64,000 nt of DNA from Lytechinus pictus (lineage: Eukaryota): contig NC_087252.1 of NCBI RefSeq assembly GCF_037042905.1, positions 2,730,001 through 2,794,000 of the forward strand, read 5' to 3'. A program made the translations under genes and the position numbers. Under the pieces are notes generated by a model. That model made no database searches. It was not told the DNA's origin and saw only the letters and a program-made list of their open reading frames with translations. Shown one piece after another: positions 14,257-29,489 of this stretch (its first letter is position 1; every line of letters starts with the position of its first letter).

Positions 14257-14765
14257 AAAACTGAAACTGAAACTTTATTCTGTCGACCCCTTTCGGAGTA
14301 TGAGAATACACACAGTTATACATACATCATACATTCATACATAGTATGCATACGTACATAAATACATACATAACAAAACATGAATAAATATAAAAAGCTA
14401 TAACAAGATGGCAAAAAAAAGGTGAAGGAAGCCTTGAATGCAAAATATAATACTGTTGAACACATGAATAACAAAAAGAGATAGAAAAAAAGGATATAAC
14501 AGATTAATATACAGGTATATACATTTGGTACTTATCTACGAAACTGTGTCATAATATTATTAACAAACTTGGCAAGTTTTGACAGTGTTTTGGGAATTTT
14601 AGTACTAAATAGACTATGCATTTTTAAAGTGTTTGGATGTTTGGCAAACTGAGAGGGAATATATTTGCTTCTGTCTAATTTGAAGTAAGAACACTCAAAT
14701 AAATAATGAAATTCATCACCAATCTTACCCAGGTTACAAAGATTACATAATCTATTCTGAATGAT
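14257..14765 (-). mobile_element. 5'-truncated LINE (RTE-X-like): CCHC zinc-knuckle C-terminus plus 3' UTR
   Basis: RLCNLCNLGKIGDEFHYLFECSYF...R..YI (CX2C-X8-H-X4-C), stop at 14532; TATG-rich UTR, then AATAAA and a (GTTTCA)n tail on the minus strand. Confidence 0.8.
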
Positions 14766-15672
14766 CTGAATCGAATACTTTTCCTTTTTGGTGTATGTAT
14801 AAAACCTTCTAGAATGATTTCGGGTTATCATGGCTATTCAGACGGACCTGAATTTATAGGTACACCTTTTGAGAATTGTTGGGATTTATTATCTCATCAT
14901 AGCAACTTATAAACAAACCCCCACGAAGGATACATCCTACTCATCCACAATACCGAATAGGTCACCATTCATAATTTGGGTCATTAACAATAGGTGGTCT
15001 GTATGATCATGAATGACAGAGACCAAAGTGAAGTCCAATAAGCCAGTTAACGGTTCGCTCATGATCATTCTCAAATGACCTTTGTGATTTTTCATTAGGA
15101 TAAGCACTATCATTTTCAAATGTAGATGTTGCGTATAAGCTTTACCGGTAGAGTATTCAAATTCTAAGAACAAAAGGCATTGTATAGACCAGGTGACTAT
15201 AATAGTACATCAGGGATAAAGTTTGGAAATCTGTTTTATTGTCTGCCTTTGGTACATTTGACTACTGTTTAAGCTACTGTCCAATACCAGTGATTATGAA
15301 GGCTCTATTTATTACTCTTCAGCTTGGATGTGATAAATATTTTGAAAGGAATACATGAATAATCATCAAATCACAAATGCCTATGTCAGTGAATTTGAAA
15401 GCCACCATGGTTGTCTCCAATTTTCTGCTCGTGCGCATTTTACAACCGTGAACAGGCTTATACACTACATTCTGATACAAACAAAATACCCCTTTTTACC
15501 CTTACCTTTAAGACGGCGCACGTAATGTGTGTCACACTGTCATGCAACTTTACCTTTGTTTAATTGTTACGACAGTGTGACGAAAAGACCTTGCATGCAA
15601 TACGGGTGATAATGGGGTCACCATTTGTGCTCATATTTTCATGATTAAACAAAGCAGAGCATTTGTATTTAA

Positions 15673-16282
15673 AGGTCAAGTCCACCTCAGAAAAATGTTG
15701 ATTTGAATCAATAGAGAAAAATCAAACAAGCACAGTGCTAAAAATTTCATCAAAATCGGATGTAAAATAAGAAAGTTGTGACATTTCAAAGTTTCGCTTA
15801 TTTTTAACAAAATAGTTATATGAACGAGCCAGTTACATACAAATGAGAGAGTCGATGATGTCACTCACTCACTATTTCTTTTGTTTTTTTATTGTTTGAA
15901 TTATACAATATTTCAATTTTTACAAATTTGACGATTAGAACCTCCTTGCCTGAAACACAAAATGTTAAAATAATGGAATTCCACGTGTTCAGGGAGGAAT
16001 GAAACTTAATTTCACATGACAATGACGATAAAATAAAAATATTTCATATTTCATATAATGAAATACAAAAGAAATAGTGAGTGAGTGATGTCATCAGTTC
16101 CTCATTTGCATACCGTATACCGACCGAGATGTGCATATAACTGTTTTGTGAAATTAAGCGAAACTTTAAAATGCCATAACTTTCTTATTTTACATCCGAT
16201 TTTGATGAAATTTTCAGTGTTATGCTTGTTGAATTTTTCTCTTTTTATTCAAATCAAGTTTTTGTTGGGGTGGACTTGTCCT
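15673..16282. mobile_element. Kolobok/T2-like MITE, family A copy 1
   Basis: TTAA|AGGTCAAGTCCACC...GGTGGACTTGTCCT|TTAA with ~250-bp imperfect inverted arms; homologous to 49734-50339. Confidence 0.92.
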
Positions 16283-16962
16283 TTAAGCATGGTAATACCC
16301 TATCATAATTGGGGAGATCGTTATCTCTTTCAAAGGGATGCACAGTCATTGGCGCATGGACAAATACATCGATGTATCGATCACTGATTCAGAACGTGGG
16401 TGCATTATATTAACTGATGCAATTCTATGACGTCATCGAAACGGAAGATATGAAAATAATAGAAGTATATTTCAATGTTGTGCAATAAGTGCGAGATACG
16501 ATACCATGCACCCATGGTCCACAAACAAAGAAGATGAAGGGGGTAATTCTAAAACTGCCAACCGTTATAAACCTATACATTGCATCTCCCATGATGTCAG
16601 GTAAGTACAACCATGTTTTCTTCCTAGGTCCATAGTATACATGGTATAACAACTCCCACTTCCCTGGTATAACAAACACAGGTGAGTTTCAACAGGAAAC
16701 AGACCTAACGGTCATCACATTTTAACATGAAGCTTTAAAATACTAATTCACATTATTTCAACCGCAAAACTCACTCTCGACACCAATCGAGACATTCAAC
16801 CCATTAAATAAAAAGGACGACCATACTGCAGAAGAAAGTTTCACCAGTCGAACTCTACTGATTATTATGTTTAAAATGCTGCCCCATGCATTCGATTTTA
16901 TTTCCAGACATTAAACAACACTCCCTCTTTTATCTTTATCAAGAAAAGAGGTTGCTCGTACT

Positions 16963-17044
16963 TCTGAATTTGGCGGGGTAGACAGAGAACATGGACAGAA
17001 TATCTGAATTTGGCGGGGGTAGACAGAGAACATGGACAGAATAT
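16963..17044. repeat. ~40-bp local tandem duplication
   Basis: TCTGAATTTGGCGGGG(G)TAGACAGAGAACATGGACAGAATA twice. Confidence 0.9.
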
Positions 17045-17429
17045 ATAAAAACAAGCTCTTAAAAACATGACGAACAAAAATAATTAGATGATCAACCGCC
17101 TATGAATTATGATATTCATCCCTCGTTTCAAAGTAGTATTGAAGATCCTGACATGAACGGTTTCCACAATCGATTACTTACGAAGGCAGCTACCGGCCAA
17201 TGACCTTTATACAATGATAGGTTGTTGTGAAGGAGGGGGAGGGTGGGGTGAGAGGACGATGAGTTGTAGAACACGAAGAAGGGAGAAGATGGTGGGCAGA
17301 GATAATATGAGAAGTGGAGAAGGATATGAAGATAGTACAAAGAAAAGAAATGAAGAGAAAGAAAAGGAGAGTCCAATTCTTCTTAACCTATTCCATATTT
17401 TCCAGTTCTTCCCGTCTCTACAATAAGGA

Positions 17430-17570
17430 TGACGATGGTCATGATGAGCAGCATTTATATAGCGCAATTTATCTGTAAAACATTCAAAGGCACCGGTTCC
17501 CTAATAATGTCACACATTGTTCACAAAGTTGCTGGAAAAGATGGGTATTTAGTTCAGATTTGAAGGTTCG
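17430..17570 (-). mobile_element. L2-type 3' end remnant
   Basis: Minus strand encodes FKSELNTHLF and is followed by GCGCTATATAAATGC and a (CAT)n-like tail. Confidence 0.55.
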
Positions 17571-18524
17571 AACTTTTTGACGGAAACGTTTATCCATGCG
17601 CCCTCATTACTGACGATAATTATCATGATAATGAGACAATGGTGATTTTCAACATACAATTGCCTATTACCACCATTATGCACTATATTTTTGTGATTGC
17701 CAAGCTTTAAGCATCACTATCACAACTGTCATCATTACAATCTCATAACATTAAAATTGGGAAATTACGAAGACGAAAGAGAAACATAAAGAAAGAAAGA
17801 TGAATAAGAACAGGAGAAAGCGAGAGAAAGAAAACGGTTACAAAGAGAAAATTTGTCGAAATATAGACCATACAAATTCATGATTTACATGCAGCTGGTA
17901 AAATCACGAAAAGAGTATGTTGTAGGCCTATGTCAGGTTTGTATCTATCATCTTGATTCTGCAAGCGAACCAGAAAACACTTCACTGTTTCCACAAAATG
18001 TGGGAGTAAACCCTTTTTGACCATGGACCTAGGAAATGTTTAGACCTGCAGGTTTGAATAAATAAACTTCGATCTTTCCCGGGAAACGAAAAATCGTTAC
18101 ACGCACATGATATGCACACATTCCCTTCGTAAGCAGGACAACTACCCATCATGTTGTGAACTTGTGACATTACTCGAAATCTCATGATGCAGGCCTAATA
18201 GTGATCTAAGCAAAATTCTGGGAAACAAACATTAACTTATAGTCTTATCTCATCATTGTTTCTAACAAACATTCATTTCCAAAAACAAAAGCAACTCGAG
18301 GACAATGAACCGACATGCCTTTATGTTGTATTGTGTGGAAATGAAGAGCCGCCGCAGGCATGAAAGGGGGGGGGGATGAGCCCAATTTATTTCAGAAGAT
18401 TATGCTTTTATTAAGTACTTACAACATCTTAATGACATTTCTAAGCATTCACAGATCCATACATTAACACCCTACATGCCCTATAGTCACTGAATCCTCG
18501 ATTGCCCGCGTGCAATAATGTATT

Positions 18525-18742
18525 TATCCACTCCCTGGGGAGTATTCCATTAGGATTTTTTTTACCCAAATGCAGGCATACACCGTAATGTTTTCGCATA
18601 CTAGCAATTTAACACGAAGGGTGTGGATTGGGGAGGTGTGGGTAGACACCTTGCCAAATGACCTCTCCGGGCCATGGTGGGATTCGAACACACGACACTC
18701 TGATTACAAGGGCGAGAGTCAGAACCACTACATCGCTCCGCT
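18525..18742 (-). mobile_element. tRNA-derived SINE
   Basis: Minus-strand head with A-box-like GATGTAGTGG and B-box GTTCGAATCCC, then GGCAAGGTGTCTACCCACAC and a body ending near GGATAAATACA. Confidence 0.7.
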
Positions 18743-21088
18743 TCCACACTATCTGCCTACCCCTGGAATCTAAAGTGGAGCAATTGTCGCCTCAGCAAAA
18801 TATTGTCATGGAACCTTTGCGATTGATAAAAACAAAAGTGAGAAGATCGGGGGTGGGGTCGGTGGGGTTTAAAGCAAGATAAGGGAAGCAAAAGAAGAAT
18901 ATGAAAACGAATGGAGGCTGTATACTCACATACATAAAGTTAAAAAAAAACTCTAGCACCAGGCATTGTGAACAAAAAATCGTGTCGACTCCCAAGTCAT
19001 GGACGGTCCATGTTAAAAAAAAAATGCCTTTGTAGGAATAGCGCAATATTCCACGGTGGTGAAATTATGCTTGTGAAAATGAATTCCCAGAGTCGACAGG
19101 GAAATACTTGAGATACATATACTCACATACAACTTGATTAGCTGAATTGACTCTGATTAGCACTCCGACAACGTCCAGCTGTGAGTCTGTAAACAGATAT
19201 GAAATGAAAAATCGTATTTTATACCGTATCTCTTAACGAGCGAACAGTTCATAGTCCAAGTGCTCAAAACGTCACCGCAAGTTCATCATGCTCTTTACAG
19301 TACGAAAGGGTGTGTTAACACGGACAATAACAAGACAATGATCAAGTGGAGGTATTGACGATGTGAAACCTAGAAGCCTTAGGTGTGAACTGGAGTGTGA
19401 CACCGAGTAATCTCAATCGCATTTCATTCTTGCAATTTATAATAATAAACATGATTCACCTAATAACCAAAAACATTAATAACAGTGTTGAATTTGCAAT
19501 CGTAAACAAGAATGCAAGGGAAAGACAGAGAGGGTGGGGGCAGAGAAAAGTAGTCTACAGGCACAGACCCTGATTGAAACTTTGATCAACAAGTGGTCTC
19601 CACGCAGAGACTAGCACATATAAAACTTGCTGAGCGAGAGGGTCTCCGGTACACAAGGCATCATAGGCTGCACATTCAGACCCTTAACTCGAGAGAAGGG
19701 TTTGTAGAGCAGACTAGAGAGAGGGGCCCGGGAGGAGAAAGGTAAAGGAAGAAGGGGTGGGAATTTCTACAGGCGTTTGTAGAAAGGTCATATTTAGGGG
19801 CGGCGCCACAAGGGCGACCAACTAAATTATTTTCAAATGGTCAAATAAATCATATGGGAAGGGACAAAGGAAAACATTGGAAACGACATGCATTAAACGT
19901 TAGAAATTCTTCACCATCCCACAATCATGATAACTGAGAATGATTGGCGTTAATCTTGTCTCCCCTCCCGAAATAATACCCTGGCACCGCCAGTGGTGTT
20001 ATTCCGCATGTTAGAATGTATGTACGCGATTTCAGACGCACTCAAAATAAGCAATGGGCAGGTTATTGTAATAAAATCAGTAACATGGTAAGTAAATTTT
20101 TGGCCTCTCGGTATTTCGCACCTTATTAAAATCCGTCTTGCCAAATTTAGAAGGAATTTTTTTTTATCATTTAGCATTTTGTACTAACATCATTATCATT
20201 AAGCCAAACCCACACATTTTCACGGCAGGTGTATATAGAAATTATCCCGAATTTATCGAAATAAAGGTAAATGAGCTATATTGAACAGAAGTCGAAAGAA
20301 AACGCGAAGAAGACTTGGTAAAGGTTGTGTATAAAGAGAAGTACATGACTTGTTTGTTCCTTTTTTGGGGGTAAATATTAGGTGGATATGAAGGGTAAAT
20401 ATTTACACACTGTTCGACATTTACGCAGTATTTGCGCAACGACGCTACTCTCATTTTCTTATCCTAGGAGTTGGGTCTCTTTCAAAAGTAAAGAAGAACC
20501 CATGGCCTTGGTGGTAACTTCACATGCTTTCAGTTTCTGATTTTAATAAATTGATATAAATAACATGATAAACATCCATAATATCATTGCTCCTTAAGTA
20601 GGCCTACATGTTAATTTAATATGTATAATTTAATTGCGGAGAAAGCCTAAAGAACCTGCAAATAATATAATCCCGTGCCAAGGTACAATTATTAGCTTCT
20701 TGCTCCAATCATAAACGTTTCAATACTAAATGTGATGTTTTTATTGTCTTTGGGAATAACAAGTCTCCTTTGACCTATATACGAATCCATTCGATACATA
20801 GGCCTTTGATCTCTTTCTTATTGTCAAGTATATACCATGTTTTAGGATTAATTACCTCATACTACAGTTTCGATGTGGTATAAGTTTCAGGTTTTATCAA
20901 AAGAGAACGACTTCAAGTTCAATGTACGTATAGATCTTGAGATGATTTGTTACCATTATTCTTATCTCGTATCAAACACGACAATGAGAGGCCAGTCACC
21001 TACTCCAGACGGAGATGAAACAGGGCAACATAAAATGGATACAGATTGATGCATAAAGTTTATTATGCAAAGGTGGAATTACTACATA

Positions 21089-21315
21089 CACTGCAAAAAC
21101 ACCGGCGTTGGTTTAACACCAGCCCGGTATCTATATCGGTCCACACCAGAGAAGCGTTGAAACAACACCAGTTAATAATCAAACCGATATTGGTTTAACA
21201 CTAATTGGCGTTGGTGTTAGCCTAACACCAAACCGGTGTTGTTTCAACACTTCCCTGGTGTGGACCGATATATATAAGGGGCTGGTGTTAAATTAACACC
21301 GGCGTTTTTGAAGAG
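21089..21315. mobile_element. CACTG-ended MITE, family C copy 1
   Basis: CACTGCAAAAACACCGGCGTT...AACACCGGCGTTTTTGAAGAG, ~80-bp inverted arms with AACACC subrepeats. Confidence 0.88.
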
Positions 21316-22020
21316 TAGATAATTAAGTAATCAAAGCGATTGCAAAATCCTCTCAAATCATTGAAAACTGAAACTACTCGACGACAACAACAAGCTCTAA
21401 AAAATTAACGAAATGTTCGAAGCAAACATGCCGTATAAATATCACATGACCATGGACAGGTACAAAACACGCCTTTCGAAACCAGATAGTGAAGTAATGA
21501 ACAAAAATTAATGATGAACTAACTAAGAGTTTATCGCCCTGATCGTGTAAATCTTTCGCTCACAATCAAAGTGAATATAGGCAGATACCATTTAGCACTG
21601 TATAGAAATGCTGTGTTAGTAGCACCTGTCGGTGTTGTAGAAGGACCACACCTTATGGTATAAAAATGCTCCATGAAAATTAAATATAACACCAAATGGT
21701 GTCGGAATAACAGAGAAAATAACACCGAGAGTGTTAAACCAGTTTATCACCGCTAATTCCATGATTCAATTTTCACAGTGATGATTATGCAGACTTTAAC
21801 ACCGCCCCCATCTGTTCACAAGAACAGATAACGTTATTGTTCTGCAAAAAAATAACCATCCTCTTTAGCTAATGGTTTTACGCTGCACACATAACGAAAT
21901 GAAAAGGTTTTTTTTCTTTTGAGAATAGCCGAATAAATGCCCTAAGCAATTTGAGGACACGGTTCCTTTTTACATATTAATGAAAACACAAGTAAAATAA
22001 ACGATGTAATTAAGGCATAT

Positions 22021-22391
22021 GGTTTATTTCCAATTCGTCCAATTGCCAACTCGTCTACTATCATTTGGTCTACAATCAGTTCGCTCACTATCCACATGGT
22101 CTAATTGCCTATTCGTCCACTCACCATTTCGTCTAATAATCAGTTGGTCAAAGAGCCATTTAGTAATACCATTTGGTCTAATTGGACTAAGTGTTAATTG
22201 TGCAAAAAGAATGAAATTGAAAATGGATACCAGACCAACTGGTTATGAGACAAAATGGTCATAGACGAAATGGTGATTAGATGAAGTGATGATTGGACCA
22301 AATTGTTGTTAGATGAAATGTTGATGGACGGACAGGCATTAGACTAAATGAAAGTATACCATGTGGTGAGTGGACGAGTAGGCAATTCACC
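22021..22391. mobile_element. GGT...ACC MITE with ~15-bp TCGTC/TGGTC subrepeats, family D copy 1
   Basis: First half carries periodic TTCGTCYA/TTGGTCYA, second half TRGACGAA/TRGACCAA; homologous to 35653-36063 and 42788-43195. Confidence 0.85.
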
Positions 22392-22894
22392 AGGCTTAGT
22401 ACTAAATGATGATTACACATGCAGGTCAGCATGTAGCATCATGAGTTAGGAAGCTGGGTCGTTTCAGGTATTTGAAGACTTTTGGTGGTGCTAAACTTGG
22501 CTCCTGCTTAAAATCTAATACAATTTGTACAGATCCCAGTCTCGAGCGAGATCCATATTTTTCTCTCAGAAAGACGTCATATCTATCAAATGAATGCATT
22601 GTTTCAAAAAGAATCTTTGGAATAATTTTCAAAGACGTTTTTGGAATAACATTTTTCACAGTGCTTCGAAAGCTATCCGAGATAAGCTTTTGAAAAAATG
22701 TCTGTCCGATGAAACGTCAAGGGTATATGTCATGCATCGGATTACATCTTCGCTTTAAATCTGTTGTTGATCAATCATTTATCATGGTCAAGGGACTCTC
22801 TTGTAATTCCTGGAGGAGTTTTTCAATGCAAAGGACATCTACGATGATTAAACGCATCGAAAATATCTCGCGAACCAACTTGTGGGTGGGTTTA

Positions 22895-23062
22895 TACCTC
22901 CGTCAAATTTGCTCTACGGCGGTCGTACGGCAAGTCGAAAACAGTCGTTAAAAAAAAAAAATTTGCACCAGATAACATATAGGTGGTTTGAAAAAAAAAA
23001 TGAATAGGACGGCTGTTTACGACTCGCCGTACGGCCGCCGTATAGCAAATGTGACAGAGGTA
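22895..23062. mobile_element. PIF/Harbinger-like MITE
   Basis: TACCTCCGTCAAATTTGCTCTACGGCGGTCGTACGGC is inverted at the right end (~53-bp arms); flanked by TTA / TAA. Confidence 0.85.
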
Positions 23063-23791
23063 TAAACGCTATTTGATACATGTTGATATATTTTACTTCT
23101 TGGAAAAAAATGGCTGTACAATATTTACATCTTCTCCCCCTTCTACTGAGGGACGTGTCTCTAAAATTAACCAATAATTTATTTATTTATTTATAATATA
23201 TAAATGACAATTCCTCGGCTCCCTAGTGTTCCTCTTAATTATTTTCAGTCCACCTCCCTCTGTTTTTCTGTTTTTTTTTCTTCACTCCTTCTTTCGTTTT
23301 TTTTTTTTTTTGAAATATTTTTTTCTCTTTCTCTTTCTTTTCTTGTAACATATTGATATCAAAACAATTTGACAACTACTTTTAATTTTATTAATAGGGA
23401 AACTATAAATTACAAGCTCTGCTTTTTAATAGTTTGCCCTTCATATCCTCATCTATCTGTCTCCAATCTGAACGTTCAATTGTATAACATTTGTCTTATT
23501 TATTATGAATAATGGTGATGTATTGTATTATTTTATTATTAATGATTTACTGTCTTTTGATGGACGTTACATTGTATTTGATATTTTATGAGATATGAAA
23601 ATAAACCAAACTGAACTGAATTTATTGGGATGGGAATGGCATTATATCACGATAAGCTCCAAAACGTAAGTTGATGCAAAGCTCAAGCACAGTTGTTTCC
23701 TTGAAATCCTGGCGCAAGGACTTCGTTTATTTTATTTTATTCACATTATATGACATGCCTTTTTTTATTCCATAGTTGCAACCCCCTCCCC

Positions 23792-23890
23792 ATAATAATA
23801 ATGATAATAATAATAATAATAATACAAATTATGATGATGATGATGATAATGATAATAATGATGATGATGAAAATAATAATACTAATAATA
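23792..23890. repeat. Compound (AAT)n/(GAT)n microsatellite
   Basis: Direct reading. Confidence 0.9.
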
Positions 23891-24813
23891 ACAAAATTGA
23901 ATAAAGAGAAACATTGAATGATAAAAATAAGAAGAATAAACTATATAAACAATCAGCAAGGATACCCTGTTTCGTTATATGTAACACCTAGTCATTTATT
24001 GTTTTAGGAAGAGAGCGATCATCCCATATCAGACAGGGGCAGTGGAGGGGGTGACTAATCTCTTTAATTTTCTTTTTAATCGTAGTTAGTAGACAAAAGA
24101 AAAGATTAAATAAGATGATTCGTTTCAAAATAGGGTCCATACATTGCCCCCATTAATATAATTGAGAAAAGTAATGAGGTCACATTCGGGTCGTCTTACC
24201 CCCTCTACGGCTCTGCCAAAACAACAAGGCTCCGCCTCTACTTTTAGAAAAGAAAACCCTCCGAGAACAAACCAAAGTATGCTACCGAAATGCAGACATA
24301 GACCATGTAGACTGTTTTAGCTGCATGCTCTAGGAATCAATTATTAACATTTAATCCGATTACAATCTAATTCCGACCGCCAAGAGCGTCAATACACTGG
24401 ACTTTATTCTATATTTTATCAGGATTTACTTTCATGCTTACAAATATTTCTCGAAGAGAATATTTGTATGCATGCCGTGCAGCGCTTTGTGATCTATTCT
24501 TATTAGGTGCTTTGATATGCCGGTGGATATGAACTGAAAATCAATTCAATATATTCATTTATTACGGGTCTTCTTCCAATTTGCCCATAGACTCGCACTT
24601 TTTTCACAAAAGAAGGCTCGAAGGTGGTATCAACATTTCACAAACTAAATCACAAAGTTTGAAAGAAAAAAATTACAATGGAGATGGGTAAGTCCCTAGC
24701 ATTCACCGAAGGAACCCTGCTGAAAAAAAATATTCAATCTCATTTTCGTAGTCTCGATTCAACGTGCGAGATAAAAAATAATATTCTTTGTATCATCCAC
24801 AAACTGAGATTAA

Positions 24814-25061
24814 AGGAAAAAATCACCATGGCGATAAGTTGGGGTTTTTTTGCATCTAAAAGCAGAAAACTAGAGAAAACATTGTTGAAGGTTTGATGAA
24901 AATCCATTAAAGATTTATGTAGGAGCTGTCTCGTCTGTGATGTCATAAAAAAAACTGTAAAAATTCTCAACTCCGTTATTCTTTCATCAAACTTTCACCC
25001 ACATTTTCTCTGTTTGTCTGCTTTCATTATAACCAACTTATCATCAGGGAGAAATTCCCCT
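24814..25061. mobile_element. Short degenerate Kolobok/T2-like MITE
   Basis: TTAA|AGG...CCT|TTAA with inverted GATAAGTTGG / CCAACTTATC and TTTGATGAAA / TTTCATCAAA. Confidence 0.7.
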
Positions 25062-26824
25062 TTAAGTCCATGGAAAGGGAAACCCTAAATTAAAAAAACG
25101 GGAGGAATTCTGGGCTCTAATCGGAATTCGTCTTCAATATTGGAAACATCTTCCTGCCCATGCTAGACCCCACACCAAAACCTAATCAATTCTAGGGAGT
25201 TGGGAGGTTTCATCCTTGGTTATTAATTTCAACTCGTGTTACAACCACGGAGAGCCACGTTACATGCCTTTATACTGATTAAATTACATTACTCCTAAAC
25301 ATGCCAAGAGGAATTCCTTTCTAAAGATTCTCCTGATGCAATTCATGTGACGGATATAATAACCAAATGTAATACTTCGGTGAAAACTGTGATAAACCAT
25401 GGGGAGACATTAATTTTAAAAATTTTCATTTCCATTATTGAAGAAACCTAGTTCTTTTGTGTCAGGTTTTCTTCATCAAGATCAGCGAATGTCTCATGAT
25501 ATAACCCAAGAGGGCGTGTAAGCGAATCATTAATCAGTTAATGGGATGAAACCAGGCGATCTGAAAAGAATCAATTTCATCCAAACTTGGCAATGCTTGG
25601 TGGCGGGGGCAGATTTGAATAAAAAAAAAAACCCGGAAGCATTATGACATGAAGGATACTGTATAACTTCTATCCATTTGAGCTTTCTTCATTTACTAGG
25701 TGGACATCTGTTTCCTTTCAAAGCTGACTCCAGGAGAAAATTAAGGAATCATGTTATGTCACGAATATCAAAATAGATTAAAACATGCCTCATTAAAATG
25801 TGTTTTAAACAATGATCACTGGCAGCAGTTTATGCAATCAAATTCGTCATTCTATATGTCTGAAAGATCATCAGATCATCTCCTCTCACATATACAGATA
25901 TTTTGGGATTTGATATTAGTGGCCCTTTGAAATGAAGAAGTGTATAGCATCGTATTAATTTTATAATTTATGTCCGCATTGTTTTCAATTTAATGATAAT
26001 ATACTGGACATGTAATGAACGTCCGAATAGACTTTTTATTCTAGCTTGTTTAGGTGCATCCATGACTTGTATACCTTTCCTGAAATAATCATAATCATGA
26101 TAAGATTCTTATATTAACAAACAAAACGAAATTGAGGCGGGGGGGGGGGGGAGGGCACTGCCATGCTGGACATACAAATGAAACACGGGTATGACGGGTA
26201 TGTTACCCAATATGTTCAAAAGAACCACGATTCTCTCTCTCATTTCCAACACGTGTCGATCGGATGCATATACACAGGGTCATCTATCTCTGCTCTCTGC
26301 TTCAGCGACTTCCCCCAAATAGTCTAGGAGATGGGGGGCTTTATTCAGAATTTTTGGTGGGCAAGGTTTGACAGACTTATCCTGGGTAAAATTGTGTGCT
26401 GATTCCAAAAATGTCAGTCTTATTGAGCGTACTCACGACATTTTAGCCATTTTGGCCAATTATTGACCAAAAATGACAAATTTGACCACATTTTGGCCAA
26501 TTATTGACCAAAAATGACCAATTTGACCACTCTTTGGAAAATGGTCCCTTAACAGAATGCTGTTGTAACCACATCCAATTAAAAGGGTCTTTCCTAAGCA
26601 AAAATGCACCCAGATTCCAAATAAAGTGGTTTCATTTTCCAAATCACACTAGAAGTGGTCATTTTGGCCATGTTTTGACCAAAAATGACAATTTTCATGA
26701 TTTTTATGTCCGAAATGTGTTACAAACATTGATCAGTACAAAGATTGGATGTCTTTAGTAATCCACAATTATTTTTAAAATGTGCGCTGGATCATAACAA
26801 TCAACCTCATATAATTTATTCTGT

Positions 26825-28380
26825 CAGTTTTGACCTATGACGGTCATTTTGGGTACTTCAGACATAAACTGACCATTCGCGTAGTTATGCATTATAAACT
26901 GTGCAAATCGACAGGAATTTGAGGTCTTCAGCATGTATCTTCTTAATGGGATTGCATTTAAAGGTCTATCCTGTGTAGAATTTTATGCTGATTCCAAATA
27001 TATCAGTCTTGATGACCCTTTTCAAAAGCTTATGGTCATTTTGGTCATTTATGTCCCTCAAAATGACCAATAATACAAGTTAAATTTATCCAAAAATACT
27101 TCGAATGTTTCCAGAATCGTTACAAGGGTGTGCTGTGACACCTAACATTGATGTATTAATCCTTAAATTGAACATCTCAAATTTATTTTGACCTCATGTA
27201 ACTTATTCCAGCAGTTTTGACCTATGAAGGTCATTTTTGGTACTTTAGACATAACTGACCATTCGCGCAATTCTGCATAATAAACTGTGCAAATCGACAG
27301 GAATTTGAGGTCTTCAGCATGTATCCTCTAAATGGGATTGCATTTAAAGGTCTATCCTGTGTAGAATTTTATGCTGATTCCAAATATATCACTCTTAATG
27401 ACCCTATTCAAAAGATTATGGTCATTTTGGCCACTTATGGCCCTCAAAATGACCAATAACATCAGTTCAATTTATTAAAATATATGTCGAATGTTACCAG
27501 AATCGTTACAAGGGTGTGCTGTGACACCAAGCATTGGTTTATTATATCTTTAAATTGAACATCATGAGAGCATTTTGACCTCATGTAACTTATTCCAACA
27601 GTTTTGACCTATGAGGGCCATTTTGGGCACTTTAGACATAACTGACCAGTAGCGCGGTTTTACATTCATGTACTGTGCAAATACGTAAGAACTTAAGGTC
27701 TCCAGCGTGTTTTATCTTCTTCCCTTATAAAATGAAAATGCATTCAAAGATCCATTTTGTGTAGAATTTTATGCTGATTCCAAATGTATCACTGTAAATG
27801 ACCCTATTTAACAGCTTATGGTGATTTTGGCCACTTATGGTCCTCAAAATGACCAATAACATCAGTTTAATTTATCCAAAAAAACTTCGAATGTTACCAG
27901 AATCGTTACAAGGGTGTGCTGTGACACCAAATATTGGTGTATTATTTCTTTAAATTGAACATCTCAAAAGCTGAGTATTTTGACCTCATGTAACTTATCC
28001 CATCAGTTTTGAACTATGAGGGTCATTTTGAGGATTTTAGACATTACTGACCATTCGCGCAGTTTTGCATAATAAACTGTTCAAATAGGCAGGAATTTGA
28101 GGTCTTTAGTGTGAAATATTTTCTTCCCTTATAATATGGGAATGCATTTAAGGTCTATCTTGTGTAGAATTTTATGGTTATTAAAAATAAACCAGTCTTA
28201 TTGACCGTATTTAAAATCTTTTGGTTATTTTGGCTTCTTTTTGGCCCCAAAATGACTAATAACATAATTTATCCAATAATACTTCGAATGTTACCAGAAT
28301 CATTACAAGGGTGTGCTGTGACACATAACACTGGTGTATGAACCCTTGAAATTGAGCATCCCCAAAGTATTTTTACCACC
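26825..28380 (+). repeat. Four ~390-bp tandem units in the foldback left arm
   Basis: CAGTTTTGA(C/A)CTATGA recurs at 26825, 27212, 27599 and 28004. Confidence 0.92.
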
Positions 28381-29489
28381 TTGGTCATTTTGTCCACCTT
28401 GACCCCGGGCTTGACCCCTGCCCAATGTGTATGTTAATTCACCCTATAGCGAACATGATGAGGATAGATTCAGGATTGCGTTTATATTAGCATCAGTTAT
28501 TGTTAAATGGGGAAAGTTTGAAAGCTTTTGGGTGAAAATCAATACAATGATTTCATATAGTCCAGTGTTATTGGCCTAACTATTGGACCCTGTGGTCCTT
28601 TTGACCACTTTGTACTCGGTGACCACTCATACTTTGATGAAAAAAAATGCTTAAATGTTGGTCAGTGTCATTATCAGCATGAACTACCAATAATCGGTGA
28701 AGAGTGTTGATAAATGTGATGAAATCCTTTACATCGAGTATACATAAGGTTGTTTGACCACGCACTGTGGTTATTTACTATAAGTAATGTTATATTGAAA
28801 TCAATAAGTGTTTTGTCACTTATTATGATTGATTATAATACATCTTATTATCAATAAAGAGCGACAACAACATTTGAATCCGATTTGATACATTCAAATG
28901 TTATGGGTCATTGTTGGGACCAAAAGTGACCAAAATGAGCACTAGCTCATAAAGGAATTAATCTACTTCATAAAGTTTAGAAATATGTCCTAACATTGAA
29001 TTATGCTAAAATGTCTCATTCCTAAATTTGCCTCCCTATATATGTGAAGTTTCCATTTATAGCTACATTGTGGTCAAGGTGGCTAAAATCATGAAAATGA
29101 CCACAGTGCATGGTCAAACAATCTTATGTATACTCGATGTAAAGGATTTCATCACATTTATCAACACTCTTCACCGATTATAAGTAGTTCATGCTGATAA
29201 TGACACTGACCAACATTAAAGCATTTTTTTTATCATCAAGCAATAGTGGTCACTGGTCATTGAGGAAAAAGTGGTCAAAAAGACCACAGGGTCCAATAGT
29301 TAGGCCAATAACACTGGACTATATGAAATCATTGTATTGATTTTCACCCAAAAGCTTTCAAACTTTCCCCATTTAACAATAACTGATGCTAATATAAACG
29401 CAATCCTGAATCTATCCTCATCATGTTCGCTATAGGGTGAATTAACATACACATTGGGCAGGGGTCAAGCCCGGGGTCAAGGTGGACAC

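Noticed and set aside
26504..26758. Duplicated 84-aa ORF in both foldback arms as a transposon protein
   Set aside because: Short, non-ATG-anchored and motif-free; its duplication only reflects the inverted repeat.
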